Below are positions 11,598-25,399 of a stretch of 64,000 nucleotides of DNA, in pieces. The first letter of the stretch is position 1, and each line of letters begins with the position of its first letter. Origin of the DNA: Schmidtea polychroa (lineage: Eukaryota). The notes under the pieces were generated by a model. The model saw nothing but the letters and a program-made list of their open reading frames with translations, had not been told where the DNA came from and made no database searches. Made by a program: the position numbers and the translations under genes. The stretch is from contig CM097885.1 in NCBI GenBank assembly GCA_044892525.1, positions 5,148,001-5,212,000 on the forward strand, read 5' to 3'.

Positions 11598-13989
11598 TGT
11601 AGAGTTAAGTATTCATGTAGAAGTTCTCAAATTTAAGTATAAAATGACATTGGGATAAAACGAAAACAATAAAACGATAAATAAAAATTAGCTGCCATAA
11701 GTCGATTGGATAAATTAAAGAGGGAAATGTTCAGGGGTAGGTTTAAAATTCGAATCTACATTTTCTTGATTATTGTGAATATTTTTTTAGTGTTCCAAGT
11801 AATGAAGAGTAAGTGCGCGAACAGTAACGCTGCAATCCAGAGTCAGAGACATTATTAAAATGAAATAAAATTTCATCAATTTCAATTAAATAAATATTTG
11901 AAATTTTATAAAGATTATGAATAATGTGATTGTTCCAAATCACGATTCAGAAAGGTACAGAACCTTGCGGTGAAAACCGGATCAAAGCAGTAGAAAATCT
12001 CCAATTCCACCCCAAACTCTGGAAAGATTTAACAGCGATTGATGTTCTTTATTTAATTTCGTCTTAGAAAGAAAAAAATCTTATAACTGTTGGTTACTTA
12101 GGGGTGTGTCATTTTATATTTTTAATACGTCAGGGGTAATTTAGATATTTACTCGACTCTTTCCTAAGCACCTCCATGACTATTGCACCTTAAACCATTT
12201 GTGTACCCACGGCGATGACCATGTTGATAATCTATTGCTAAAACTACTCCCCATTTTATTTTCTCTTCGGGTTCTAGACGGCCGAGAGAAGGTCTTACGT
12301 CATTAATCATTCCCTATTTATGCTTTCTACTTTTCTATTTTATTCAGCTATGGTCCTCATTTGTGGATGTTTTCTATTGTTTCTTTTCAAAATTTGGTGC
12401 ATGGATGCGCCTTTATTTTCCCTCTAATAATTATTGTTATATACTTCCTATAATATCCAAATGGTCCTTCAAAAAAATTTGAGCAGGGATTGGCCCTTAT
12501 TCACAAGTGAATAAACATGTTTCCACACTTCTCATGAAAATTTGAGCAGGGATCTGCCTGTATTTCTAATCCTGAACTATCAGATATCTTAACTATTCGT
12601 GGTTTCTACTTTGCCTACCGACAACTGGACATAACTATCCTATTATTTCTTCTAACTCGAAAATATCTATGAAAATAAGAGTGACTGAGCCGTCCTATAC
12701 TATTTAACTCTAAATAAAGCCCTAAACTATCGCAAATTGATTTTACCCTCTCCAACCGTCCATATCCCTATCTATATCCCCTACCCTGATGGACTCAACT
12801 GGCGAAACATCTGCCGACTAACAGCACGTAGTGCCGCCCGTCCACAAACCTTCCCCAGCCCAGAACATTGACACATAAATATCATGAAAAACCCAACCTA
12901 AATTATAATATTATTCAAAAAAAGGACAAAAATAGCATAAACCAAACATAAGAATTAATTAAAACAAATTCCATTAAAAATTTTATTAATTTATGGCTAA
13001 GTCTTCGGATGCTAGAGCTAATAACTCCCGCATCAAACGTTCTTTTTTTCTGAAAACTTCAGTCAGGTTTGATATCGGATAATCCTTTTTGAAGCTCCTG
13101 GCATTGGCTCATTCATATTTTATCTCATTGAGGTTGGTTATTTTCCCGGTAAGCATATTGAGCATAGAAGGGGATAAACATGGCTAAGCATAAACATGAT
13201 CAGCCATGGCCCATATAGATGCACCGGACATTCAGTCGAAGGTTAGTTCTTTCGGATTGATTAGGAGAGGCTGAGCAGTTCCAGCCTGTCTGATGAGTTT
13301 ATGCTTCCGACCGGATCCAAGTGAATTCTGAAGTAGTCCAAGCAGATCAGGACGAATTTCCCAGTTTTAGCAGATGGAGTAGTAATGGAGTTTGGAGCTT
13401 TCTTGAAAAGTTGATTTTTTTGGAGTAGGAAGACTCCATTTGTGATATTTGTAGCGTTAGTATGTTTATACATTATTATAGTATAGATTGGAAGGATTGT
13501 GTAGAGGCAGAAAATAGGGGTTAAGGTGGATATATATTAAGTATAAGAACGATTAAAAAGTTATTATCAGTTAGGCGGAGTCCCTACAAGGACTCCTACA
13601 TTGACCCACTGATAATAAATATACGCTTGATTGTATTTTTAATAGGTATAGATAGGAATAAATTAAGATAAGAATAAAAAAATAAATTAAGAGTAGTTAT
13701 AGATATTGAAGGTCAAAGTTATTAGATGACAATGTTATATTTATTAATGCAATTTAAATTATAATTATACATTTATTTATCTTTAGCTTATTTATTTAAG
13801 AATATACTAAAACCATAATGTACAATATAATTATCATATAATTACTCTTAATAATAAGTTTATACAAGTATATAATAAGGGACTTCGTAAGTCTAAGCTA
13901 AAGGAGGATTTTCTATGGATTTTATTTCTTATAATATGGATTTGCATATAATATAACCATAGTGGGCAATATAAATAAGATTGTATGCT

Positions 13990-15400
13990 TTGAGTACATA
14001 TATACTTATATAATTATTAATCATTAAGCATATGCTCTCTCAAAATATGATAGCTACTAATAACGGCAGCTGTGCACGCTTTTCGTGCCAGTCCAACTAT
14101 TTCAGATTTTGAGAGGCCTATTTTACATAGTACTTGGTTATTATTGCTATCCAAGGACTCCAGAGTACCGATAACTAGAGCAAAGATAGTTGTTTTAGTC
14201 TTATGTGCTTTACCGATGTCTATAGCCAAATTAGCATATTTGATGTAGTTATTTTTGGTAGCAATTTTAAAGTTCTCCCTTTGTTCGTATGGGACCTTTA
14301 TGTCAAGAATATGAATGTTCTTAATTCTTGGAAGATATTATAACTAGGTCTGGTTTAAGAGTCGATGTCACCACTGTGGTGACATTTCGATATCAAGATG
14401 AAAGTTTAAGTTTGAAAGGTAATCACAGACCGCTTCAAGAACCCGAGAGTGTTTATTTCTACGCGCATTAATCTTCGCGGGACAGTGGTTGAAGATTTTA
14501 CCTTTTTTACAAGAAAAATCGACTCCAAGGTGTCTGTAAAAGTTAGAGTCGTTCACCTTAGGAATATTCTCATTGTACAGTTTAATCGGGTGGTAGTTAA
14601 ATTTATCATCTAGGTGTAAATAGCCAGATTTTGAGGGTTTGAACTTTATATTGGCATGTGAGGCTAAACGGACAGTTTCAAGAAGAGCTGATGTAATTGA
14701 GGAGTACGAGTTAGAGATCAGTACAATGTCGTCGGCATATTTTTAGCCTTGTCATCGGATCTGATTTTTGGAGGATATTTAAACAAATTACTTAGATTTT
14801 GTTTTTAATTTTTTTAATTATTTTAATTTTTTAAGCTTTTTTATTTCTTGATTTTTTATTTTTAGATTTATAAAATTCCTTATTTATAAAATCATTACAG
14901 AACCATTTATTAACATGCTTTTTTTCAAAAAATGGTAAATTTTTCACGTTATTATTTTTAAAAAGGGATTTATTTTTAAAATCGTAATTTTTAATAAAAT
15001 TTTCATTACTAAGTTTTATTTTATCAAGAGTGTTTTTAAGATTATAATCGTTATAGTTTGATTTTAAAATTTTCTTTAAAATTAACATTTTTCTTAAAAA
15101 AAGCATGTTTTTCTACAGAATCATTATTCATAAAAGTATGGGAATAATCATCATTAAAGTAATTTTGATTATAATTTACGTTTGATTGCCATATTTTTAT
15201 AGCTGCTTCGAATGCATTTAGGAAGTCTATATGCTGCTCTCGGACCAAGTTTTCAATGATAAAACATCCAGAGATAAGATTGTCAGCATATCTATATGTA
15301 TTTTGGCTTATATCTCGAATATTGGAGCCAATACAATCCCAGCATGCATTTCGGAGATCCTTCGACATTTCAATGGTTCCTGAAAAATAGTTAAAAAGCT
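13990..15400 (-). mobile_element. RLE-clade (R2/NeSL-like) non-LTR retrotransposon remnant, internally deleted
   Basis: RT YADDIVLIS (~14715-14740), HC..ARRNKHSRV zinc-knuckle/RH block, endonuclease STLKPDLV..ILDIKVPYE, C-terminal LVIGTL..KIGL..ARKAC. Confidence 0.85.
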
Positions 15401-15845
15401 GAAAAGCAATAAAAAACTCATTGATTTAAATAAATTTTATTTAATAAAAGCCTGACTCCGAAGAGACAGGTTGGTCCTTTTTACGGGACGAGTTTCGAAT
15501 ATCGATCTTATTATGAATTCTATTATCAAACCATTTCTATCAATTCCTCTTGCACAATTAAATCAATAACTATACAATAGTTCCCTAAGAAAATATGAGA
15601 AATCCAAACCGTGAAAATGGATTGTGGTACACAGTGAACCGTGACCATAAATTGTTATTATTTCCATAGATAATTAATTTGAATTTATCAACTCATCACT
15701 ATTAATGATTTATAAAATCAATTTATAAGCACATTTTATTGATTGGCTTATTAAATATAAATAAGGGAAACATTTCAGCACAAAAATGGTGTGCTGCTGA
15801 TACATATGCTGACAAAATCTATGTTCAATTTAGCACTGTTGCAGC

Positions 15846-15880
15846 TTGGTGCTGGTGCTGGTGCTGGTGCTGGTGCTGGT
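15846..15880 (+). repeat. (GGTGCT)n microsatellite, shorter in the right arm (38020-38035)
   Basis: Direct observation. Confidence 0.9.
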
Positions 15881-16213
15881 AATTCGAAGAATTCACAAAG
15901 ATATCACTTGCTTATCATTATCTGATCCCGAAATTTATCTTAAGAAAAAAGGTTGGAAACTCTTAAGAGAAAACTTAAAGCGTGTTTTGTAAAAAATGCT
16001 TTATAATGATGGCACCTTTGATTTATGTCAGTACTGATTTCCCTAACATATAGGTGAAATTCTGATGTAATGAGCCCAATAATTATGCCAATTGTTATCA
16101 ATGTGAAATGTCCATGGATATAGTAAACATGATATAACCCTAAATTTCTCACATTGGCTCTGAGTTCTTGATCTTGCGTTTTGAACAAAAACCCGATACT
16201 AATTGATCTGATC

Positions 16214-17432
16214 TTATGCACTAATTGCTTCTTCAGCTCCAGTTGAAAAAACTCCGCACAATAAAGTCATACTACGTTTAAGTTCTGGTTTGCCAATTTT
16301 CTCCCACAAATTCTTGCTCATGACTGTTACTAATGCTCCAGAATCCAATAACATCTCATAAATCCCATAACACATGTCATCCCATGAAAAGGGATACTGT
16401 GTAACCAGGAAAGAACTGCTCGCCGTACATGAATACGTCATGCATTTTAGAGAATATCTGTACGGGAAAAAATTTATAATTCGCATCGACCACAAGGCAT
16501 TGGTTTTCATGAACACTACAAAAACCCCAATCAGTCCGCAGTTCCAAACATGGTTAGCTAACCTGTCGGAATATGATTTTGAACCAAAAAATCGGAAAGG
16601 CGAAGAACACTCGAATGCAGATGGACTATCAACATTAAAAAGTATTGTTTGCACCCAGTGTCAAACAAGACATGAAGATGCTAAGGAAGGAAAATCAAAG
16701 ATTAGATACATATACTATCCAAAGAACAGAAGCTATGGAAAAAGTATGGGAACAACAACAAAAGGACATTCGGTTTCGAGAGCTGCGAGAGATATTGGAA
16801 AATGGATGAACACGGGAGAAAAAGAATTGATTTACTTTTAACGTAAAAAATACACAAATTGATGGAGGATTAATAACAGTAGAAAAGAACAAAAATATCT
16901 TAATGTTAGTCCCAGAAACATTTGCAGGCCTGTTAACAACAACGCTACATGAAGAACTATAAGAGATCTTATTACAGCAACATTGGCAGGCGGATGTGAA
17001 GAGAGAAACTGGCACAGACTTCTACCCAGAATAGAGTTCACTATAAATAGCAGTCGACAAAGTGCTACAGGTTTATCACCATTTGAGATAATTTATGGAC
17101 GGAGTGTTAACCTACACTCTAACGTGAAACAAGCCGAGATATCAAGAAGCGAAAGAATGGAAGACGCGAGATTTAACTCGAGTAAAACCGCAGACACTAT
17201 GAGAGCTATGGATAAGACAAAGAGGGGCACTCGTGTTTTCGAGGTGGGGGAGGAGGTACTCGTATGTAAAGACCCGCAGAACGGGCACAAGGATGGTATG
17301 CAATACTATGGTCCATATAAAATCGCCAGATTTCTAATACCTCATCGAGTCGAAATATATTCACAAGAAGGAACGAAAGAAAGAAGAATCGAGTGGCTGA
17401 AGAAGTGGGAAAAATCTTAAGAAGGGCAGAGT
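16214..17432 (+). mobile_element. Gypsy LTR retrotransposon remnant: RNase H-integrase on +, inverted protease fragment on -
   Basis: YCVTRKELLAV..YLYGKKFIIRIDHKAL..GEEHSNADGLS (RH); INSSRQSATGLSPFEIIYG, YYGPYKI (GPY/F); purine tract AAGAAGGGCAGAG at ~17419; LLDSGA protease on - at 16214-16370. Confidence 0.92.
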
Positions 17433-17688
17433 TAGATATCTTTTTGTTTAAATAATTTGGAATTGGCGGTTTTTGTGAATTAATTAAAAACTTGTTATTT
17501 ATAAATTCTTTGATTAAATATATATATTGTTAGTTTCAAGATTTTTGTTGCGAAATTTAAAGATGGATTTAACTATATTATACCTGAAAATTAATAAAAT
17601 GTATTATTTATTTATTTTTTTAAATTGACTATAAAAGTAGTTGTTTAAATAAATTATATTATTTTACAATTTAAAATTTAAATTCAAA

Positions 17689-19634
17689 ATGGCATTTTAC
17701 AATGGATCATTTCAACCAAAATACTCAAAATATCTGGAAGTAGATAAAGATTCAATAAATAACATTTTTAAAGAACTTTATAATGGATCCAAAACTTTGA
17801 AGCGTCTGTATTGAACAATATGTATTATTTATTTTTTTTAAATTGACTATAAAAGTAGTTGTTTAAATAAATTATATTATTTTAGAATTTAAAATTTAAA
17901 TTCAAAATGGCCATTTTTAAACCATCATTTAAACCAAAATACTCAAAATACCTGGAAATAGATAAAGATTCAATAAATAACATTTTTAAAGAACTTTCTA
18001 ATGGATCCAAAACTTTGAAGCGTCTGTATTGAACAATATCAAAGAAAGATATTTAGATAAATTAATTTATGTAAGTGATTTTATCAAAGTAATTGCATAT
18101 AGTTATTATTTAGACATATTCTGGTTTATCTTGTCTTGCATTAAACCCATTACATTATATTACTATCATATAAAGACCAATTTCATTTAGCTCATGCCAC
18201 TTAAAGGATAAAAAAATATATTCGAAAAAGAAGTCAATGACTTAATTACAAAAATTAAAGATCTGGAAGAGGAAGGGGAAACATTTCGCATGGTAAAAGT
18301 GACAGTAAATGCAAATTTCTATCATTTCCTGATGGTATTTTAAATGATTTTTTAACCACCATGCAGAGATCAAAAAACATTAGGAACAGTATGGAAAGAA
18401 AATTAGAATTGAAGTATGACAAAGAAATTGAAAAGCTAAAAATGCAAAGTTTACAACTAAAAACTGAGAAATCCGGACTCGAGAATGAGCTGGACATTTT
18501 GGAGCTTCAAAAATTAAACGCAGAAAATGCTGTAAGTTGTTATTATTTTGTCAGTTTCTATTATTTTCTGATGGTATTTCAATTGATTTTTTAACCACCA
18601 GGCGGAGATCAAAAACATTAGGAACAGTATTAAAAGAAAATTAGAATTGAAGTATATAATTTGAATAAATGAAGAAACAACTGGAGCAAGATGTAAAAAT
18701 AATGGAAGAAGAAAATTATATGAATGAGATTTTAATAGATAGATTTAAGGTAAATTTCTATACAAATTAAATTAAATAAATGATTTTTTAATCACTAGGA
18801 TGAGAAAACAGGTGTATTAGTTGCTGCCACCAGCCTCGGGTGGGCAACTGCGCTATTGATCACATGCCATTGATCAAAAAATTTAATCACGCAAAAGTGC
18901 ATTGTCCACGCCAGGACTGCACCAAAACTGTACGTGCCTCAGGGCTGGAGAGGCACCCTGTGCCTGTCCCGCAAAGGGAGCATACCCCGACAGAGGAACA
19001 AGTAGTCATTGTCCAGCCAGAGGAGACGAATGACCCGACAGTAGCACCAGGTGGTAATCAAGCGGCGCTTCAAGCTATACAACAAATGAGAAACGAAATG
19101 AATGACAGGCTGGATGCAATGGAGCAACAAATAAATGGCATTGCGGCTGCCCAAAACGAAATGGCAGCTGCCCAACAAGAAATAATTGGCAGGCTTGATG
19201 CTGTTGAGACGAGGGTCGGTGCGCTGGAGCATCCCCAGTAGGCCCTCAGCCAATAAGGTATTTAATAATTATTATTATTATTTAAAGCAATAAAGTGAAA
19301 CATTCAACAAAAATTGCAAAATCAAATAGAAACAAAGTATTTGAAGGAATTTGAAGAAAAACAAATTCAATACACAAAACTTGAATCTCAACTAATATTA
19401 ACACAGAATGAGAATTCAAAAATACAAAATGCTGTAAGTTATTTTGTGATTTTATTGTTTTTTCTTATATTTTATTTTTATTCAATTTTTTTACAGCTAA
19501 AAAATTCGATGCAAAAAGCAGAAGATTTTCAATTACAACTGCACGCAAAAGATCTTGCAATAGAGGAACGGGAACATAAAATTGAATGTTTAACAGATAA
19601 GTTAAATAGCCAAACAAGTCAGCAAACGAGGTGA
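17689..19634 (+). pseudogene. Multi-exon coiled-coil gene remnant with internal tandem duplications
   Basis: Short GT-AG introns between E/K/Q-rich exons (18361-18531, 19314-19433, 19497-19630); ~198-bp duplication at 17610-18040; stops present. Confidence 0.5.
18820..19241 (+). CDS. GC-rich ORF fragment: TRAF-type zinc-finger-like motif plus coiled coil
   Basis: AKVHCPRQDCTKTVRASGLERH followed by heptad-rich AALQAIQQMRNEMNDRLDAMEQQI...LDAVETRVGALE; clear GC step from the flanks. Confidence 0.5.
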
Positions 19635-19878
19635 GTAAAATTTAGTTAAAATTTATTTAATAGGTTAAAAAATTAGATAAATAAGAGGTAGATAAAAAAT
19701 AAAAAGATAAGATATAGGTAGATAAATAAAAAGTTTATAAATAAATATCTAAAATATCAAAATAAATAAAATAATGAGGCTCGGTAAGTAGTATTTGGTA
19801 TGATTGCCACTACCTGTATCGTAAAAAAACTTATCGTAATATGGGAATTATATCGTGAAAATTCTGTATCGTAAGAAG

Positions 19879-20929
19879 TGTTAGGGATAGGCCTGGAGCC
19901 TTAGTGACAAAATAAATAAAAAATTACTATAATTAGTAATACCATAAATAAAAATAATAAAGTGTTACCGAAAATAAAAGATAAGTTTTTTTAATTACTA
20001 TTAATAGAATTAAGTAATATATAGGAATATTTGTGAATACTATTACTATATATAGTAATTATATAAGTACTATTAATATATTAAATAAGTAAAAAATAAT
20101 ATAACTACCGTTTCAAAACCAAAACGAGAGAGAGAAAAATTGGAGACGATAATCTTGAGGACGATAAAAACTGTGATTGAAAGTTAAATTAACGAATAGA
20201 TTGGAGAGAATAATAACCAGAAAAGTAGTTAATTGATCCATCGAAGAAACGTGATTAAAGAATCACCGAGATAAATTAATTCCAAGAATTTGACCACAAT
20301 CGCAAGGTTTCGGATCAAATTTGAATATTTTAGTCTCACAAGGCGAAATTCCGGCTCAAATTACGAATTAATTATCGCAGAAACTTTTCTATAAATTACG
20401 GACGAGAATTGACCAGAGGAAAAGGAAAACTTGAAAGAGAAATTGAAACAGATTAGTGACAACAGAAGGAGCAGTTAAATTCAGGCAAGGTAAAAGATTT
20501 AATTAATTGTGTTGGGTAAGGATAAATTATTATCCTTGGGAAGGGAATTAAATAAAGCGAACACAAAGTACAGATAGCGACTTTCGTGTTACCTGGTAGC
20601 CCCAAAATCAACCCTCTTGCTTTTCCACTATCTTTCTAGTTTATTTAGCGATCGTTGTGCTACACAGGAGCCATCGATTTCTTGCAGGCTGTTGGTAAAC
20701 AGTAAGGATTAATAAATCCGTTTACTTGTACTCTTTGAACATATTTTATAAATATCTGTTGTAAATTATTAAATACATTTTTATAAAAGAGAAAGGCGTT
20801 TGTTGTTAATTCAGTGATACGCAACCACATTAAATAACTTATTTATATTTATTTTTATTTATTTATCTTAATTAAGTTATTGGAGTCTTTTGTGTTAAGA
20901 TCTGTAGTCCCCGTTTTTCGATCTTAACA
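19879..20929. mobile_element. Solo LTR (1051 bp) with 4-bp TSD GAAG
   Basis: GAAG|TGTTAGGG...GATCTTAACA|GAAG; TGTTA/TAACA termini. Confidence 0.88.
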
Positions 20930-21154
20930 GAAGCAATGTTAATTAATATCGTAATTTAATTTCTTCTTCTATATTGTAACAAGAAATATGGAGACAAAAA
21001 AACATTCATGTAACTCAAAGTAACAGTATTTTGATATATTAATAAAGACCATATAGTCTGAGTTTATCCGGCTAAATATTCTGTCCCCCTATGGGTATTG
21101 CTAGCAAGGGTACTGGTCACATTCAACATGTCGCAAGGGTATATTAATCAATTA

Positions 21155-22560
21155 ATCGAAAAGAAATAGAACCATATCATCTAATGAAGAACTATCAAGT
21201 AGTAAAAGGAGACAAACACAATCTCCATCAACTCAGAGAAACAAATTGAAAATGAAAGGAGGAGGCGCACCAACAGACCCAGATGTGCCAATACCAAACT
21301 TCGACTTTACTCTGAATAATGAGTATAATATTGAATGTAACCACTGTAAAGAAAAAGACGTATATAAGACCAAAAAATACGATGATGCTTGGAACCATAT
21401 GATAAATAAGCATAAAAATGGATTAAAAAATAAGGATGTATTAAAAGATAAATCCCAGCCAATGATCAAGTGTGTACAATGTGAAAAACCATTCAAAGGA
21501 AATGAATGCCAAAATCATGCAAAAATCCACACAGATCGTGATATTAAAAACAAACGAATTGGATCAACAATAGACCACAGTGACATTCCATCACAGAACA
21601 GCTGACCATCACTGGCTGCAATGGAGACTTACATCAAAATTCTCCTGGAACAAAACGAATCAATAAATAAAAACATCAAATACATTGAACCAAGACTGGC
21701 AAATTTGCTGATCAATCGAAATTTGAGAACATTTCATAATGAAATCAAGATAGACTCCCTGATTGGATGGGAACTAATAGTCTGGCTTATTCACTGGAAC
21801 AACTGCCATTGGATTGTTTACCTGGCTAACTATGAGGATAAAACCTCTATTATCCTGGACTCTGACAATCAAATGACACCATTGCAAAAGTGTAATATAA
21901 AAGACAGACTAGATAAATTCCTGGAAAATACAGTGGAAGAAAGAACTATCTTTAAATCAATAGAAAACAGACTAATTCCTCAACAATCAAATGACTATGA
22001 TTGTGGAACATACGTCCTACAATTCATTGAGGACTTTGTGAATAAACCTGAACGACTGAATTATCAGACCCCAGACTCAATCAAAATTAGAAACATAATT
22101 GGGAAGCAAATTATGGAAGAATTGAAAGATACCAAGAAGAATACACCAAAGAAGTCAAATAAAGAAATAGACGAATTAATTCTCAAATTGAAGTTACTAC
22201 AGATAGACATAGATTCGGTACTTCAATGGTTCACGAACAAATATAATGAATCAATCCCTAAACAAAAGAACAAAAGAGGTGGAAAGATCAACATCTCCAA
22301 ATGCTCATATCAAATACAAAGATTATTTGCTATAGCTCCAAAAAGAGCAATAAAGGAAATATATAAAAACGAGTCAGCCCCAGCGGACCTTCCCAAAAGC
22401 ATCTTAGATGCTTATTTCATAAAAGAAATTCCAGATATCCGGGAATGATTCGGCACCAGGAGAAGATAACATCCCTATCAGACAGTGGAAGAAATGGATG
22501 GAGAGTGGAGTACTCCTGGACATCTTCAATTATATAAAAAGGACACATATTAATGCGCAA
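21155..22560 (+). mobile_element. NeSL/LIN-type non-LTR retrotransposon 5' fragment (5'-deleted copy)
   Basis: Two CCHH zinc fingers (CNHC..HMINKH; CVQC..HAKIH) and Ulp1/C48 protease (HWIVY..ILDSD..PQQSNDYDCG); truncated before RT. Confidence 0.85.
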
Positions 22561-22775
22561 AAAATAACGAAATCTCTTGTATATATATATTATGAATAAT
22601 AATGGTAACAATACCTTTGACGTTTAACTTGCACTCGGTGGCACTCGATATTCATTAAACTCACATTACACTGTTGCTCTTTCATTTTATTTGGGTACAC
22701 ATCTATGTGCTGTGTCCTCTCATCAATTATTAGGATCTCACCAATGAATGATCATCACAAGTTATCAATCATAAT

Positions 22776-22915
<140 letters not shown>

Positions 22916-23161
22916 AGTCAAGTACAAGCCAAGCTTTGAGTAACAGTGGCAGCTTTTTTTCAAGCCAATCAGTTACAATTCCAGCCAGTAGTTCTGCATC
23001 CTCAGATTCATCTTTATCTACTTCCCATTCAATCTCAGAACCAATTATGGCGGACATTCAATTGGTAATAATAGTTATATATACATTTCTTAATTATAAT
23101 AATTAATTTAATAATAATAATAAATAAAATAATAATTAATTAAATATAAATTAAATAAATA

Positions 23162-23192
<31 letters not shown>

Positions 23193-23747
23193 TAATTGAA
23201 TATCAATCTCAACCGTTCTCCCTAAATTATCCATACATATCTTGTATTGATTGGGTAAATTGTACAATAAATTGGTTCCGAAGAGGAAAAATTGCAAATA
23301 AATGAACTGAACTGAAACGGAAATATAATTATTAGCAAATCTGAATTATTGCTTAATATGTATGGTAAACAGTGAATTCAAGGCAACACATTTAGCAATC
23401 ATGGTAATATCATCAAATTCGATTATGAAGTACATCCGGTGGAATGCGTTACCCTTTTGGGTACAAATTTATTTGTAAATTTATCACGTAATAATTCTTT
23501 TCCATTCTTTGATGCAATAAGGAAATATAATTCACAGGGTTCATTTCACCCTGTTTGTCTGTAAGCAGCCTATTTGGTTACCCTCACATGGCTAATTGTT
23601 GCTAATTGAGATATAGCAAATGTAACAAGTTAGAAGGTTAAAAAGGGTCAAATTTCGAATGGTACTTAAATAATGATATTTCCTTTATTCCTAGTTTGAT
23701 TCACAATATCAATAACTAACAAAAGACTAAACATTATCATTTGTTGC

Positions 23748-23960
23748 ATCAATCTCAACTGTTCTCCCTTAATTCTCCATACATATCTATATAATCCTAC
23801 TAATCTAATACCTCACCATTCACTGATCCCCCCTTTCATATCCTGGCTAAATCAATCTCAACTGTTCTCCCTAAATTCTCCATACAAATCTATATAATCC
23901 TACTAATCTAATACCTCACCCTCCACTGCCCCGCCCGCCCCCTCCTTTCATACCCTGGCT
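23748..23960. repeat. Tandem ~103-bp repeat (2 units, partial third copy at ~23200)
   Basis: ATCAATCTCAACTGTTCTCCCT(A/T)AATTCTCCATAC recurs at ~23201, 23748 and 23851. Confidence 0.85.
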
Positions 23961-25399
23961 GCAACATATGCATGATAAGCAACATTATCCACATAAAGTT
24001 ACCATAGATTTTTGAAATCGAATATCATTTGTCCTGTTGGTCGACTGTAAGCATTCTTTATTATCGATAAATACGTGCGATAGTAAAATAGTAAAATTAA
24101 ATCCCTTATTTACTGATTACATTTGTGCAGTGCACTGTTAAAGTAGCCATCACTATTTACTTATTTGTCTTAAACATCAGTCAAAATTTATAATCTACAA
24201 AGTGAATGCTGTAATTGTGCCAATATTTACAAATCCATATTTATTACATTATTATAAACATCATGTCAAATATATGCGTAAATTAGTGAATTTTAACTGC
24301 AAGTTTTTTTAATTCTGGGAAATGTATTCTATAATTGATTATTGGTAATATCTCGAAATATAAATAAATATTGCTCTGATTAGGATGTAAATAAATTTGG
24401 TTACAAGCAAATAAATCGATAAATGCTACATATAAACTTGTATGAGAAGAAATACCAGTATTAATTTTTGAAACAACTGATCAAGATAATTTAATGCATT
24501 TATCATATAATTTAATGCATTTGTCATATAATTCCATCCATTTGTCAAATGTTTATTCATAATTTACACGGAGTCAAGAGAAAAGGATGAATTCGATGAA
24601 ACATTAAGGTAACTATAACTAACTACAACTTATGTATGCATTTGTTTTATTCCAGCGCGCTTTTTTTCAAAATTTAAGATACAAAAAAGACACAAAAGAA
24701 GGAACGTTTCTAAACATATGCAATTAAATGATTTCATAAACTGAAACATCTGGAAGAAATATTTTAACGTTGTAAACAATTTCATTTAATTTGACGACGA
24801 TGACGACGACGATGATGATGATGATATGCATTTAGAGTACAAATTTCAACAAAACATTTGGTCATTACATTTCTTAAGTCTAAATCTATTACAATATTTG
24901 TATCAAAACCAAAATATTAATATACCTTACAAATTGCTCATCTCTAAATTTTCTACGAAATAATCTGTTTTTAATTCAAGTTTCTATATTCTAATAAATG
25001 CCAGAATTCAATTGTCAACTTAAATTTAATTTTTTTAAAAAATTGAATATAATCAATCTTTACTTTATATTGTTTTTTCTTCGTTTCTAAACTTTTCTTA
25101 TTAGTAATCAAATAATTACATGAATTAATGTTGAAGGACATGTTTGAGACAATATTTTAAAAGGAAATTTAAATAAATTGATGGTTTAAACAACATCAAA
25201 CAAGAAATGGTTATTCGTTTATTAGTGTGAGATTAAATTTTAATAATATTAATTGCATATTTAATAGTTTTATTTTTTAAATTTCAATGTATCAAAAAAT
25301 AGTGAAATATTTTTTAATTTTTTTTATTTATATGAACATCAAACTGTTAAACAGCCTTTTTAACATGTTATTGTAAGACACATTGACCCGACAAAATTT

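Noticed and set aside
12160..12600. Possible Gypsy 3' end (EGPF motif, purine tract) on the minus strand
   Set aside because: Only fragmentary motifs; boundaries cannot be supported.
12785..12815. CTGATGG...GAAAC hammerhead-like string
   Set aside because: The core is CUGAUGG rather than CUGANGA, and no convincing stem II pairs.
23200..23960. CRISPR-like repeat-spacer pattern
   Set aside because: Eukaryotic context, no unique regular spacers and no cas genes; it is a plain tandem duplication.
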